NCBI RefSeq assembly: GCF_001194135.2
Contig: NC_068983.1
Location: forward strand, 124,224,137-124,281,394
From: Octopus bimaculoides
Lineage: Eukaryota
Reading direction: 5' to 3'
Length of the DNA: 57,258 nt
Shown here in pieces: positions 1 to 11,352 of the stretch. Below the pieces are notes generated by a model. It was given only the letters and a program-made list of their open reading frames with translations, was not told the origin of the DNA and ran no database searches. How positions within the stretch are numbered: the stretch's first letter is position 1; each line of letters starts with the position of its first letter. The position numbers were made by a program, and so were the translations under genes.

Positions 1-647
1 AATAAGCAACACGGATTTTAAAGATGATTGCAGTACGCACATTTCATGCTACTCCATTTATTTAAGTAATGCGAGCATTACATTAAATGCAATATGTAGA
101 GCAATCTTCAGCTGCACGAAAATGCAGAAAATTACAGTAGAATAGACATATTATAATTGTGGCAACATTTCAAATCCAAGTGAGAAGAAGAATACATAAA
201 AATCCATCTTGACATAGCCAAGGCTATCAAGCTAGTAATTGGTTCAAGGCAGAAATTCTAACTGTCTCTGATTTTATTGTCTCTTATCTAGTAGTTATAG
301 TATAAGGGATAATCACTTCTAAGGAAAGGGAAGGTGTAAGCATTATGCATGCACATGGCTATAAAGGATATGGTTATAAAGGTTTCTCTGGTCAGAGTGG
401 CAACACTCTTATAGGTTGGGTTTTTTTTACTACTATGTATTCTTCTTTTTATGTATTCTTCTTCTCACTTGGATTTGAAATGTTGCCACAATTATAATAT
501 GTCTAATCTACTGTAATTTTCTGCATTTTCGTGCAGCTGAAGATTGCTCTACATGTTGCATTTAATGTAATGCTCGCATTACTTAAATAAATGGAGTAGC
601 ATGAAACGTGCGTACTGCAATCATCTTTAAAATCCGTGTTGCTTATT
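1..647. repeat. Long inverted repeat (202-bp arms, 243-bp spacer); MITE/foldback-like, left end cut by the window edge
   Basis: Bases 1-202 are the reverse complement of 446-647, with about 3 substitutions and no indels seen by eye. Confidence 0.85.
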
Positions 648-671
648 TTGATTATATATATATGTATATAT

Positions 672-1634
672 TGTTACGAATGCCCGCACGCGAAGCACCC
701 CCTCAACCGAAGAGGGAACTCGCGCGCGCGCGCGAACGCTCGTACGCTCAGTGAGCTAGCAACCCGTCTCGGTCACCTGACCGATAATAAAGCCCCGGCT
801 GGAGCACGCAACGAAGAACAACACAGGCAAAAAGGACGGGAGGAAGAAACAACACGAAGACCATGCGTTGGGTAACCTTTTCTTTTTACATACATAACAT
901 CACAGAATACATTTAAAACATTAGAATAGAGCATTACATAATAACAATTCCAATACATGGCATAACAGTTCAATAACGTTGACAAAGTTTCCAAACAATT
1001 ACAAGCTTTTCAATCATTTTTACATCGCAAAGTTCGTGTCTCAAGTTTCATTTGACAACAAAGTTCTTCTGCTTCTTTCTTTTGTATTTCTTTTCTTTTC
1101 CTTTCTTTTAGAAGCATTTAACAACAACACAGTTAACAACTCAGAGTTCTTTTTCTTTAAAATAATATAAAAACATTTACCACAACGAAGTTCGTTTCCT
1201 TCAGGTCTGCTACTTCCACTGACCAAGGCAGTCTGCCACTACAATTCCGTCTCTCTCTCACTGCCTCTGTCTCTATCGGCCTCTCTCACTGACTGACTCT
1301 GTCTCTATCTCCACTTCATCTCTGTCCAACTGCTTCGGACGACTGCTAACACTCGACACAACCGATCCTGCTGGCTCCCAGAGCTCGACTGCTATCTCTT
1401 TCTCATCTTCACTTCATCTAACTCGACTGGCCCCATCTCCTCGGGCAAACTGCTGTCCCCAACTGCCTCTGCTGGCTGCTAGAACTCGACTGACTCCATC
1501 TCCACGGGCAAACTGCTGTCCCCCAACTGCCTCGGCTGGCTGCTACCGCTCGACTGGCCAAAATTCTCTGCTCACTGCTTCGGCCGACTGCTTCCCGCCA
1601 ATTCCTGTCCTGCTGAACTTTCATTCAGTATATA
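672..1634 (-). mobile_element. Possible truncated solo LTR
   Basis: The minus strand reads TATATA (1629-1634), then a CAGT-rich repeated segment, an AT-rich part and a GC-rich part ending ...CGTAACA at 672. No partner LTR or TSD was found. Confidence 0.4.
1422..1560. repeat. 63-64 bp tandem repeat, about 2.2 copies
   Basis: The unit ctcgactg..ccatctcc.cgggcaaactgctgtccccaactgcctc.gctggctgcta starts at 1422, 1485 and 1549. Confidence 0.85.
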
Positions 1635-1639
1635 GGCTG

Positions 1640-1860
1640 ATAATAATGAACTGAAGAAAGAGTGCTCAGTTCAGGGGTTAGAGCGTAGATTTGTTTAGTT
1701 ATCGTTAGCTGGGATCAGATCTCATACCTAAGGTTTCATATGAAAATAAGAATTATGTTGAAGTGGTTTGGCTTGGGATCTTGTTGATCAAAAATTTGCC
1801 ATACAATTCTTATGTTCACATGTATAGAACTCAATACATACATACATACATACATACATA
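1640..1860 (+). mobile_element. Putative degraded LINE 3' end with (TACA)n tail
   Basis: The by-eye translation around 1680-1748 loosely resembles the C-terminus of the adjacent R4-like fragment. It is followed by UTR-like sequence and (TACA)n at 1834-1860. Confidence 0.3.
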
Positions 1861-2339
1861 GAAGCCTTAGCCACTCATAATAAAAAGGAGTACTAGTGGA
1901 ATGTCCCCGCGAAGATCTCAATAAAATGTAAGCACAACAGACCTGATATAATGATTTGGGATAGAGAAGAGAAGCTGTGTAGAAATTAGCTGCCCAGTGA
2001 AAAAGAGAATATTTACGCTGAACTATTGAAAAATAAGCAGATTACAAGTTCAGGTTTGGGGCCCTGGGACATGTAATACACTGCCTAAATACTAATCTTG
2101 AGAAATTAGGTTTCTCAAAACAGGAAGGAGAAAGCTAATTAGAAGACTACAGATCCAATCCATCAGTGGAAATGTAAAAATCTGTAAAACTTTTCAGAAG
2201 TTTATCATTTAAATATATATGAGCATGTCTAGATACAAAACTATATGCATGAGAATACACATGCATGAGAATACACATGCATGAGAATACATGAGACAAA
2301 ACATACAAATCTGAGCACATACATACATACATACGTACA
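1861..2339 (+). mobile_element. 5'-truncated R4/Dong-like non-LTR retrotransposon: REL endonuclease C-terminus, 3' UTR and (CATA)n tail
   Basis: The interrupted translation 1888-2212 reads EY*WNVPAKISIKCKHNRPDIMIWDREEKLC..EISCP..GALGHV..LQIQSISGNVKICKTFQKFII*. This carries the RPD/E-x-x-C-P and GALG motifs of REL domains. Confidence 0.75.
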
Positions 2340-2340
2340 A

Positions 2341-2453
2341 ACAAAAATAACCTGTTGTTGATGTTGAAATTCCAATAAAGAAGCCTTAGATCTAGGTTAG
2401 AAATCGGTTCTTTTTCTATTGGCAAGTAATCTTGAAATAAAACTGAACAATGA
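2341..2453. repeat. About 115-bp dispersed repeat flanked by (CATA)n, copy 1 (copy 2 at 48807-48925)
   Basis: The sequence caaaaata.cctgttgttgatgttgaaattcca..ggatcta.gttagaaa.cggttcttt.tctattggcaag.aatcttgaaataaa.ctgaa.aatgacata is shared by both copies. Confidence 0.85.
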
Positions 2454-2952
2454 CATACGTACATACATGCACACATACATATATACATACGCACACACAT
2501 ATATGAAGAGAGAGAGAAATGAGTGAGATCTGAATCTACCATCTACCTAGATTTGCTTAGTAGACGAGCACTGTTTGTGTATGCGAGCATGTATGTATGT
2601 ATGTATGTATGTATGTATGTATGTATNNNNNNNNNNTGTATGTATGTATGTATGTATGTATGTATGTATGTATGATTCTATGTATATTTTCAATGCTGAT
2701 TTCAATCTGAAATTAGTTTTCCTCTACATGTTCTAGTTTTATGCGATTTGAAACTTATGGTTTTCACAAAAAACGATACCTATTGCTATTTCGATCTACC
2801 CTAACTTTAGACTAATCAGGCTTTCAGCCTTTTTTTTTTTTACTAACATCAATTTTCGTTATCGTTATTGTTAATTGTGGATTCTAAATATTTATCTATT
2901 TACACAAAAATAACACCTGTTTTTCTTTGTTTCAGATCTGATAATAACTTTA

Positions 2953-3154
2953 TGTAGACATAAATGTGTAAATAAACCTGATATTTTCTGCTGTGTTTGC
3001 GGCTACTACACAATTCTTCGTCCAAGGAGCAATATAACATCGTTTGTGAGGCATGCTTATAGAGTTTATTTTCAAGTTCCCCATGGCGACTAAGACAAGA
3101 AATAGGCTTCTCACATTATATGTCATAACTGAGAAAATGCTTCATGACTGGACA
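2953..3154 (+). pseudogene. Chapaev3-like DNA transposase, N-terminal Cys-rich (Chapa-type zinc finger) fragment
   Basis: Reads CRHKCVNKPDIFCCVCGYYTILRPRSNITSFVRHAYRVYFQVPHGD*DKK*ASHIICHN/EKMLHDWT, matching the recalled pattern C-x-N-x-PD-x-FCYICG..AY..YF..GDQDK-x-WAPH..C. It has 2 stops and a frameshift and follows an acceptor-like ttttctttgtttcag (2921-2935). Confidence 0.72.
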
Positions 3155-3411
3155 ACGTGATACGCACAGACTCGAGTTCAAGATGAGTTCACGTGATCAA
3201 GATGGGAAGGATGACTTCCCTTTACAAATACCGACAGGGCACAGATGTGTGTCAATAGCCAGCTGGAGGAGATGTTCTCCTTTGGCTAAAAGCAACAGTA
3301 ACATTCACCCTTAGCGTTTAGCCGCATTTAAGTGGCGAATATAGTTGTTGTGCAGTTACTGTTTATACCAAGTTCAGAGATTTAACATTGCTTATATATA
3401 TACATACACTC

Positions 3412-3578
3412 ATACGACGGGCTTCTTTCAGTTTCCGTCTACGAAATCCACTCACAAGTCTTTGGTCAGACCAAGGCTATAGTTGAAGACACTTTCCTAA
3501 GGTGCCACGCAGTGGGACTGAACCAGGAACCATATGGTTGGGAAGCGAGCCTCTTACCACACAGCCACGCCTGCGCCT
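3412..3578 (-). mobile_element. tRNA-derived SINE family A
   Basis: Reverse complement matches the head of the copy at 26575 (GGCGCAGG.GTGGCTGT.TGGTAAG...GGTTCAGTCCCACTGCGTGGCACC), which has A- and B-box-like motifs. Confidence 0.9.
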
Positions 3579-3908
3579 ACATATATAATGTATGTGTATA
3601 TGTATTCAACATATATTTATATTTATATATTTATACATTTGATCCTTTATATTGAACACTCAATATTTCATCTACATTCAATACTTTCTTACATGGTGCC
3701 ATCCATTTTTATTTTATTTTATTTTATATTATATATTGTATATTATATTATATATTGTATATTCCATATTCTATACCCCACATTGGTTCTGCAGGAATAT
3801 AAATAAAACATAAAAAACAGACAGTGTTGGAACTCTTTTAAACAAAATAATATATTCCTCTATACACAATCATACAAAAAAATCACCTTTTTTGTATTTA
3901 TTTTTACT

Positions 3909-3949
<41 letters not shown>

Positions 3950-3969
3950 ATCCTTCCCGAATCATATAG

Positions 3970-4176
3970 ACTCGTATAACTCAACCGGTTTCCCAGTGGG
4001 GCACACACTCCTCTCTGCATGAGACGTCGGTCCGTCGCAGGATTACTTATTTTTCCTATCTGTGAGGAGTGGAGCAACGTGAAATGCATTTCTTAAGAAC
4101 ACAACGTGTCACACGGTCATGGAATCGAAACCATATTCTTACGATCACGAGTCCAATACCCTAACCACTAAGCCAC
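3970..4176 (-). mobile_element. tRNA-derived SINE family B
   Basis: The minus-strand head is GTGGCTTAGTGGTTAGGGT...GGTTTCGATTCC. It is homologous to 7452-7666. Confidence 0.8.
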
Positions 4177-4207
4177 ATTGTATATATCTGAATCTATGAC
4201 TATGGCC

Positions 4208-4266
4208 AAGGCGGCGAGCTGGCAGAAACATTAGCACGTCAGGGGAAACGCTTAGCAGTATTTCTG
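4208..4266 (+). mobile_element. SINE family C head fragment
   Basis: aaggcggcgagctggcagaaacattagcacg matches the full copy at 52548. Confidence 0.75.
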
Positions 4267-5183
4267 AGAATACATAGCAGCTATGGAAAGCGTATGACGG
4301 TCGTAATTTTAGGTAATTACATAAAACTACATTGTTTTTTTTTGTTTTTTACTTCGGTTTTGTATTTGGTTTGCAAGATTCTTTATGTGAATTCGTGTGT
4401 ACATTGTTTTTCAAAATTCATTCAATAAATTTGTACGTTCGTTTTTACAGAACTGTATGTGCTTGTGTGTGTGTGTGCATGTACGCTTGTATGTCTATGT
4501 GTGTTAGTCTTTATGTATGTCTTGTATTTTTGCTTAAGTGTTGTATGCGCGCGTGTATGTGTATGTGTGTGTGTGTGTGTGTGCGTGTGCGTGCATGTGT
4601 TAGTCTTTATGTTGGCATCATCCTTTTGCCTAAGTGTTTGTATGTATGTATGTATGTATGTATGTATGCATGTATGTGTGCGTTTCTACGTATCTGTATG
4701 TGCGTTCTTTTTGTTTATGCAAATGTGTAAAAGTGGGAAGTGTGTGCGCGTGTGTGTGTGTGGGTGTGTAAGAGTTGGATGTGTGTGTGTGTGTGTATCT
4801 TTTGCGTATGTATATACATGGGTTTGCAAGCTCCTTGGTCTTTCTTTTTTAATCTCTTCAATGTCACGAATAGCAACAGCTTTTTCAAACGTTTTGTTAT
4901 AATAATGATTAAAACCCTACTGTTTTGAGGCTTCTTGAGATCAGATTCGTTTGAAGCTTTTCAGACACAAGAGCATATGTTTCAGAGTACATAGATCTAA
5001 ACATTATATGCAACAATGCATTGTTTAATCTAAAATTACGGAACATCCATATAGACAAAAACGACCTGAATTTTAGCACACAAACATACGCGCGCACGCA
5101 CACATACACACACACACAAACACAGACACACACACACTCACACACATAGACACGTGCACACATGTATATATATATATATATAT

Positions 5184-5911
5184 NNNNNNNNNNNNNNNNN
5201 NNNNNNNNNNNNNNNNNNNNNNNNNNNNNNNNNNNNNNNNNNNNNNNNNNNNNNNNNNNNNNNNNNNNNNNNNNNNNNNNNNNNNNNNNNNNNNNNNNNN
5301 NNNNNNNNNNNNNNNNNNNNNNNNNNNNNNNNNNNNNNNNNNNNNNNNNNNNNNNNNNNNNNNNNNNNNNNNNNNNNNNNNNNNNNNNNNNNNNNNNNNN
5401 NNNNNNNNNNNNNNNNNNNNNNNNNNNNNNNNNNNNNNNNNNNNNNNNNNNNNNNNNNNNNNNNNNNNNNNNNNNNNNNNNNNNNNNNNNNNNNNNNNNN
5501 NNNNNNNNNNNNNNNNNNNNNNNNNNNNNNNNNNNNNNNNNNNNNNNNNNNNNNNNNNNNNNNNNNNNNNNNNNNNNNNNNNNNNNNNNNNNNNNNNNNN
5601 NNNNNNNNNNNNNNNNNNNNNNNNNNNNNNNNNNNNNNNNNNNNNNNNNNNNNNNNNNNNNNNNNNNNNNNNNNNNNNNNNNNNNNNNNNNNNNNNNNNN
5701 NNNNNNNNNNNNNNNNNNNNNNNNNNNNNNNNNNNNNNNNNNNNNNNNNNNNNNNNNNNNNNNNNNNNNNNNNNNNNNNNNNNNNNNNNNNNNNNNNNNN
5801 NNNNNNNNNNNNNNNNNNNNNNNNNNNNNNNNNNNNNNNNNNNNNNNNNNNNNNNNNNNNNNNNNNNNNNNNNNNNNNNNNNNNNNNNNNNNNNNNNNNN
5901 NNNNNNNNNNN
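5184..5911. other. Assembly gap. Other large gaps: 17798-18277, 20438-20855, 26107-26494, 27286-27964, 35373-35584, 36088-36358, 51886-52292
   Basis: Runs of N. Confidence 0.99.
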
Positions 5912-5953
<42 letters not shown>

Positions 5954-6149
5954 GACTGATAGACAAGCAAGCACATGTACTGACATACAGAAGCTCACAC
6001 ACGAACTTGAACATATATGAACATATATGAACATATATATAAATACGCTGTGCAGCACAATGTACCATTATTATTTTCCGAGTAATATTCTGAGAATAAG
6101 GATTCTCTCATGTTCTGCTCATTGAAATCCAATTTTCTATGAAATTACG

Positions 6150-7345
6150 AATTTTCAGTCTCGTCAATAATAGTTCAGAGATTTCATGTTTTAGCTCTCC
6201 TGATTCTTACCTTATTAACGAAAATAATAATATTTGAATCCTTATAATTTCTACGTGTGAAACATTTTCTATATAGAATCAATGTTAGTGAATTAGCAAA
6301 ATTGTTAGGGATTCAGATAAAATGACTTGTAGTATTAAGTTCGGGTGGTTTACGTTCCGATGTTCGAATAGTGTTGAAGTTCTCTTCACCTTTTATCTTT
6401 TCCGATTTGTTGAAATTAACAAAGGCTTCGTGCTCTCTCACAAACTTGGCTTACTCCAGATTGTACTACTGCTATAGCTCATTGTATTTATAGTATAGAG
6501 TATTACCAAAATAGAGGTGACACTAATCTGTAGCCCTCTGTCGCTGCTGTAACCAAGATTAGAAAGTGTTAAAGAACGACAAGGTTTGTTGTACTGAATT
6601 TGTTCAAGGGAGATTTGTTAAAGAGGCACTAGTTCGCTTGAAATCTGGAAAATAACTGAAAGATTATCTAACCGTGACACATCACTAATCTGTTCTTATA
6701 ATCATCAACGGGTCTGAAGCAATATCATCGTTCTCAGACAAAGCAAAACTATTTGGTAACAATTTTACATCAAACTCTACGCTGAATGATTAACACTTTA
6801 TGGTGGACTTCCATACTCGTACTAACTGCTTATTTCAGATATTGGAGTATCAAAAGTTATAAATGACCTTAATCCGTCAGAAGCAATTGGTTCAGATCAA
6901 ATGCCAGTCACTCTGTTGAAAAGCTTATTCCCTGATATATCCTCGTTTCAATTAAATTTGTTCAATCATTGCTTATCTAGCATATAGAAGTAGTCTATAA
7001 TTTGTCCAATTTTCAAGAACTTTGATGACTATTCTTCTCCATCTCAATGTAGACTTATGAGAAGAGAAAACAAGCTGTTTGAATCTATAATTAACTAGCA
7101 TGTTAGTCACTACATGAATAAAGCCAATCTCCTTAGTGACAAACAGTACGGTTTTCAGTCTTCCAGTTCAATATTTGATATATTTACATTCATCACTTAT
7201 AGGGTAAATAGTGCACTGGATCACAAATTTGGCTTTCGTGTTTTTACCTTACATATTTCTAAAGTATTTGACAAAGTATGCCATAGAGAATTGCTTCATA
7301 TACTGACAAGCTGTGATATATCTAGTGGAAGTCTTTTCCATCAAC
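6150..7345 (+). mobile_element. Degenerate CR1/L2/Jockey-group LINE ORF2 (EN-RT linker and N-terminal RT)
   Basis: One frame, 6841-7340, reads VSKVINDLNPSEAIGSDQMPVTLLK..NLFNHCL..CPIFKN..KLFESIIN..LLSDKQYGFQSS..LHISKVFDKVCHRELLHIL, with in-frame stops. WLTPDCTTAIAH lies upstream. Confidence 0.8.
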
Positions 7346-7451
7346 AAGTTTCTAATGTGATGACGTCTTATATTTAACGCTAACGGTTAGTCATTTGACA
7401 TGTATGAATTCAATGTAGACATATAAAAAATAAAAAATAAATGCGCCCTTT

Positions 7452-7666
7452 TAAAGCCTAGGTTTCAATGGCGTATGTGTTCCCTAGCTGGACGGGACGC
7501 CAGTCCATCGCAGCGTTACTCATTTTTGCCAGCTGAGTGGACTAGAGCAACGTGAAATGAAATGCTTTGCTCAAGAACACAACGCGCCCCCCCGGTCCAG
7601 GAATCGAAGCCACAATCTTACGATCATGATGCTGATACCCTAACCACTAAGCCACGCGCCTCCACA
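7452..7666 (-). mobile_element. tRNA-derived SINE family B, near full length
   Basis: The minus strand reads TGTGGAGGCGCGTGGCTTAGTGGTTAGGGT..TTCGATTCCTGG..GTGTTCTTGAGCAAAGCATTTCATTTCACGTTGCTC. Confidence 0.85.
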
Positions 7667-8984
7667 ATGTAGACATGTCACATAGATTTATCCAGGAACC
7701 TTTGCCCTTTCTTGCTGGCAAAGCAATAAGATCGTTTACTGACATATTTGCTTATGATATCATACTTTTAAGTCTTACGTCTTTGAACGTCACACGCTTC
7801 AATCGAGCATCAGAATATTTTTTCCCTGACCTAACTTAATGGACTACTAAAAGCTATTCTTCTTCTTAGACTTATTTCACACAAACGAATATAATGCTTT
7901 TTAACTAATAATAAATCTTTCCCTCCTCATTATATTAACCTAATAATTACTCCCTCACAACCCTAAATCTTTTTTCGTTTGAATTTCAAGTAACTTATAT
8001 AAAATTATATTAACTATTCGTATTTCTTATTCAAGGATTTTTTAAAAACAATTTCTCTTAATATACATCGTAATTTATTTTTCTTTTTCTCATTGTATAT
8101 CACTCATAACTGTCAAATCATATATAAATTTAAATATAGCTGTGCTGTCCCATTGGACGCTTACTTATATATATACATATATATACACACACACGCACAC
8201 ACACACACGCACACACACACACACACACACACATACACACACACACACGCACATTATATTTTACTTCTTATGATAAATGCTTTATATGAAATGTATGTCA
8301 CTTAATTACTTATCTTCAAACAGAGAGAGTGTTTCTNNNNNNNNNNTATATGAAATGTATGTCACTTAATTACTTATCTTCAAACAGAGAGAGTGTTTCT
8401 TAAACATTTTTCACTTATATTTTCAAACAACCGTCAGCCGCATCAGTTATAGTTCATACACAACTAGACTCAACACTACCTAAGCATGTTTTTATCTTTC
8501 ATCTTTCGTAATCATATTATGCATATCCGAATATGTTACGTGACACTTACTCCATCTAGTCTTCTGTAACAATATAATATTCTTCTGATGTATTCTTCTT
8601 TTGCACCGAGAAGAGCAGTAATATGTAATTAGTTTAATTATAATTAAATTGATTTCTAATTTTTTCCATGTTTGTTTTTACATATTAATATTACTGTTCG
8701 AAACGATCGTGTGCTTGGATTAAAATTAAAAAAAAACTTTTAACACCTTCTCTTCTCCATCTTTAATTGTTTGTTGAGTTTCTATATGATACGGGATACG
8801 TGTTCTATAAATGCTCATAACACACCTTATACTTGTAATATTTTCATATTCGAAAAATACTTACAATAGTAAGCTACCAATTTAATATGAAGAATCTTTG
8901 TTAGAAATCGAACCTTGGAACCACCCATAACTAAAGGATGAAATAGAACTCAACCTTTTCTCTCTCTCTCTCTATATATATGGT

Positions 8985-9260
8985 TCAAATGTACAAGAAA
9001 AAAACAAAGACCGGTGAGGGAACAACAAGGTGTATTAGTTTGACGCTTGGGAACAATGGAAAAGTCTTTGACGTTTCGAGCCTACGCTCTTCGATAGAAA
9101 GGGACGAGAGGAATAAATGAAAAGAAACAAACAAAGAGAGAAAAAAATTGTGTCGGGATTAACAGTTTGACATGATGAACTGACCAGAAGAAAGAGACCG
9201 AGTGAAGGGGTGATAACAGTGACCTGGATGAACCGGGGTGCACAAGCGCGTGTGTGTATG
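8985..9260 (-). mobile_element. Penelope-like terminal repeat (pLTR) fragment containing a degenerate hammerhead-like motif
   Basis: Contains the hammerhead-like motif at 9066-9101. The extent and family assignment are inferred. Confidence 0.5.
9066..9101 (-). ncRNA. Degenerate minimal type I hammerhead ribozyme motif
   Basis: The minus strand reads CTTT-CTATCGA-A-GAGC(GTAG)GCTC-GAAA-CGTC-AAAG. Stems I and II and GAAACGUC are intact, but the core has 3 changes from CUGAUGA. Confidence 0.5.
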
Positions 9261-9468
9261 TGAGAATGGTGTGTGTGAGTGTATATGTGTGTACTGGGTG
9301 AGTGTGTGTGTAAGTATGTGTATGAGGCTATCAGGTGTGTGTGTGTGTGTGTGTGTGTGAAAACACTTATGCGAATAGTGTGTGTATGTGTGTGTATATT
9401 TGTGCCTTATGTGTTATATATATGTATGTATATATGTATATATATATATATGTGCATATATGTATGCA

Positions 9469-9532
<64 letters not shown>

Positions 9533-9851
9533 TATATACATATATATATGTATGCATATATGTGTATATATATATACATATATACACACATACGTATATA
9601 TGGATAAGGTATATGTATGTATGTATATGTAAATATATATATATATATATAACTTTACAATGAAAGTAAACAAACAATTTATAGCATTATCACGCGTTTG
9701 AGAAATAAATTTATTTCTGTTTCTTACAATACATCTCAACTCTTCTAAAAAAGAACAAACTTTGTTTACTTTTATCGTAAAGTTGAATTTAACGTTAGCG
9801 TCTTATGAAGCTAAATTTATAGGTTCTAAAATTGCAGAAGAATTCGTTGCT

Positions 9852-10020
9852 GGGCAGTTTAGTTTAATGGTAAAACACTTGACACGTAATCACAGAGATG
9901 TGCGTTCGTGTCTCATGGCTGGCCAGTAGCGTATTTTTCTGCAATAAATGGATAATTTATCCTTACCTCGCTATTTATAGCATTATCACGCGTGTGAGAA
10001 ATAAATTTATTTCTGTCTCT
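9852..10020 (+). mobile_element. tRNA(Thr-like)-derived SINE or tRNA pseudogene (family D)
   Basis: 9852-9925 folds as an imperfect cloverleaf with A-box TAGTTTAATGG, B-box-like GCGTTCGTGTC and CGT at the anticodon position. Its 48-bp 3' segment (9973-10020) recurs at 9677-9724. Confidence 0.55.
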
Positions 10021-10053
<33 letters not shown>

Positions 10054-10445
10054 CTTTGTAGTACTAATACCTTTCGCCTATTTCCTTAAATCCTTTGAAT
10101 AAAGAAAAATAGCGGCCAATTACAGGGAAAATATTTTATCGACTATAGAACACCAAAATGTGTGAAAAATTGTGTCGATGTTGTAAAACAGTATTGTAAT
10201 CTCAAAACACTAGGTATTTGAAATATTAATATGTTAGTCTTGTAACAAAAAAGAAAGAAAAAACTAATTAAAATTTAAATGAGTTTGTTGATAAAACCAA
10301 AATATACTAGCAGGGATTCTTAACGAAGTTTTTTGAGATAATATTAAAATTGTTGGTGGCACACATACATATACATACATATACATATATACGTTTATAT
10401 ATATATATATACAATATATATATATATATATACACATATATATAT

Positions 10446-10482
<37 letters not shown>

Positions 10483-10888
10483 CATATGTATACATATATA
10501 TGTGTACACACACACACACACACACACACATATATGCAAATATATATATGCATACATGAACACATACGCACAGACACTCATACATATTACTAAATGTAAT
10601 GAAGATCTATAGTTCAAGGTTATTGACTAAATAGATTGATGGTTTCATATATTAAAACACTAAATTAAGTTCACAAAGTTTGATCTCAGAGGTTTTTTTT
10701 TTATTCTTAGAATTAAGTTTACCAAGAAAATTCTCTGAATTATTAATTAAATTGACTAAATTGACTTGGAGATAAAAAAAGTTTTAAAAAATCCGAATGA
10801 AATAAATTAGCCGAATAACAACAGCAGTATTCTGTCTTCAATGTACAAGACATGCTTGATACTAATAATTTCTACAACACACACACAC

Positions 10889-11167
10889 GCTGGTCTCTTT
10901 GGATGTTTCCTAAGCCAGAACGAGTGTTGGGTTATCACTTTGAGCCAAAGACAAAGAGACAATCCATGCAGTAGAAACACCTTTCTTTACCTACTCTAAA
11001 GAAGGCCTAGGTCATTTCATCTGCAGAGATGAAACGACCTATGGAGAGGCTTTGTGTTTATGAACTATCTACAAAAGAGCCACACCATCAATGGGAAGTA
11101 CTATGCTAACTTGCCGAAGTAGTTACGAATGGCTATCAAGACCAAACGCCAAGGAAAACTGACGAAA
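10889..11167 (+). pseudogene. Mariner transposase fragment (start of the catalytic domain)
   Basis: Reads ..FLSQNECWV/HFEPKTKRQSMQ*KH..KA*VISSA..YLQKSHTINGKYYANL..LRMAIKTKRQGKLTK. Confidence 0.85.
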
Positions 11168-11270
11168 CAAAATAAAGACACTATCTTTAAGTTATGTACA
11201 ACAAAATAAAGACACTATCTTTAAGTTATGAAAGTTGATCTTTTTAAATCTTCAAATGGTGATCTGATTG

Positions 11271-11330
<60 letters not shown>

Positions 11331-11352
11331 CAGTTGAATAAATGGATTGAGG

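Noticed and set aside
4332-6068. Many ORF-track entries rich in YI, CV, HT or X runs, here and throughout the window
   Set aside because: They are translations of (TA)n, (TG)n and (CA)n microsatellites or N gaps, not genes.
8283-8400. 54-bp direct repeat on either side of a 10-N gap
   Set aside because: Identical sequence flanking a minimal gap is the signature of unmerged overlapping contig ends.
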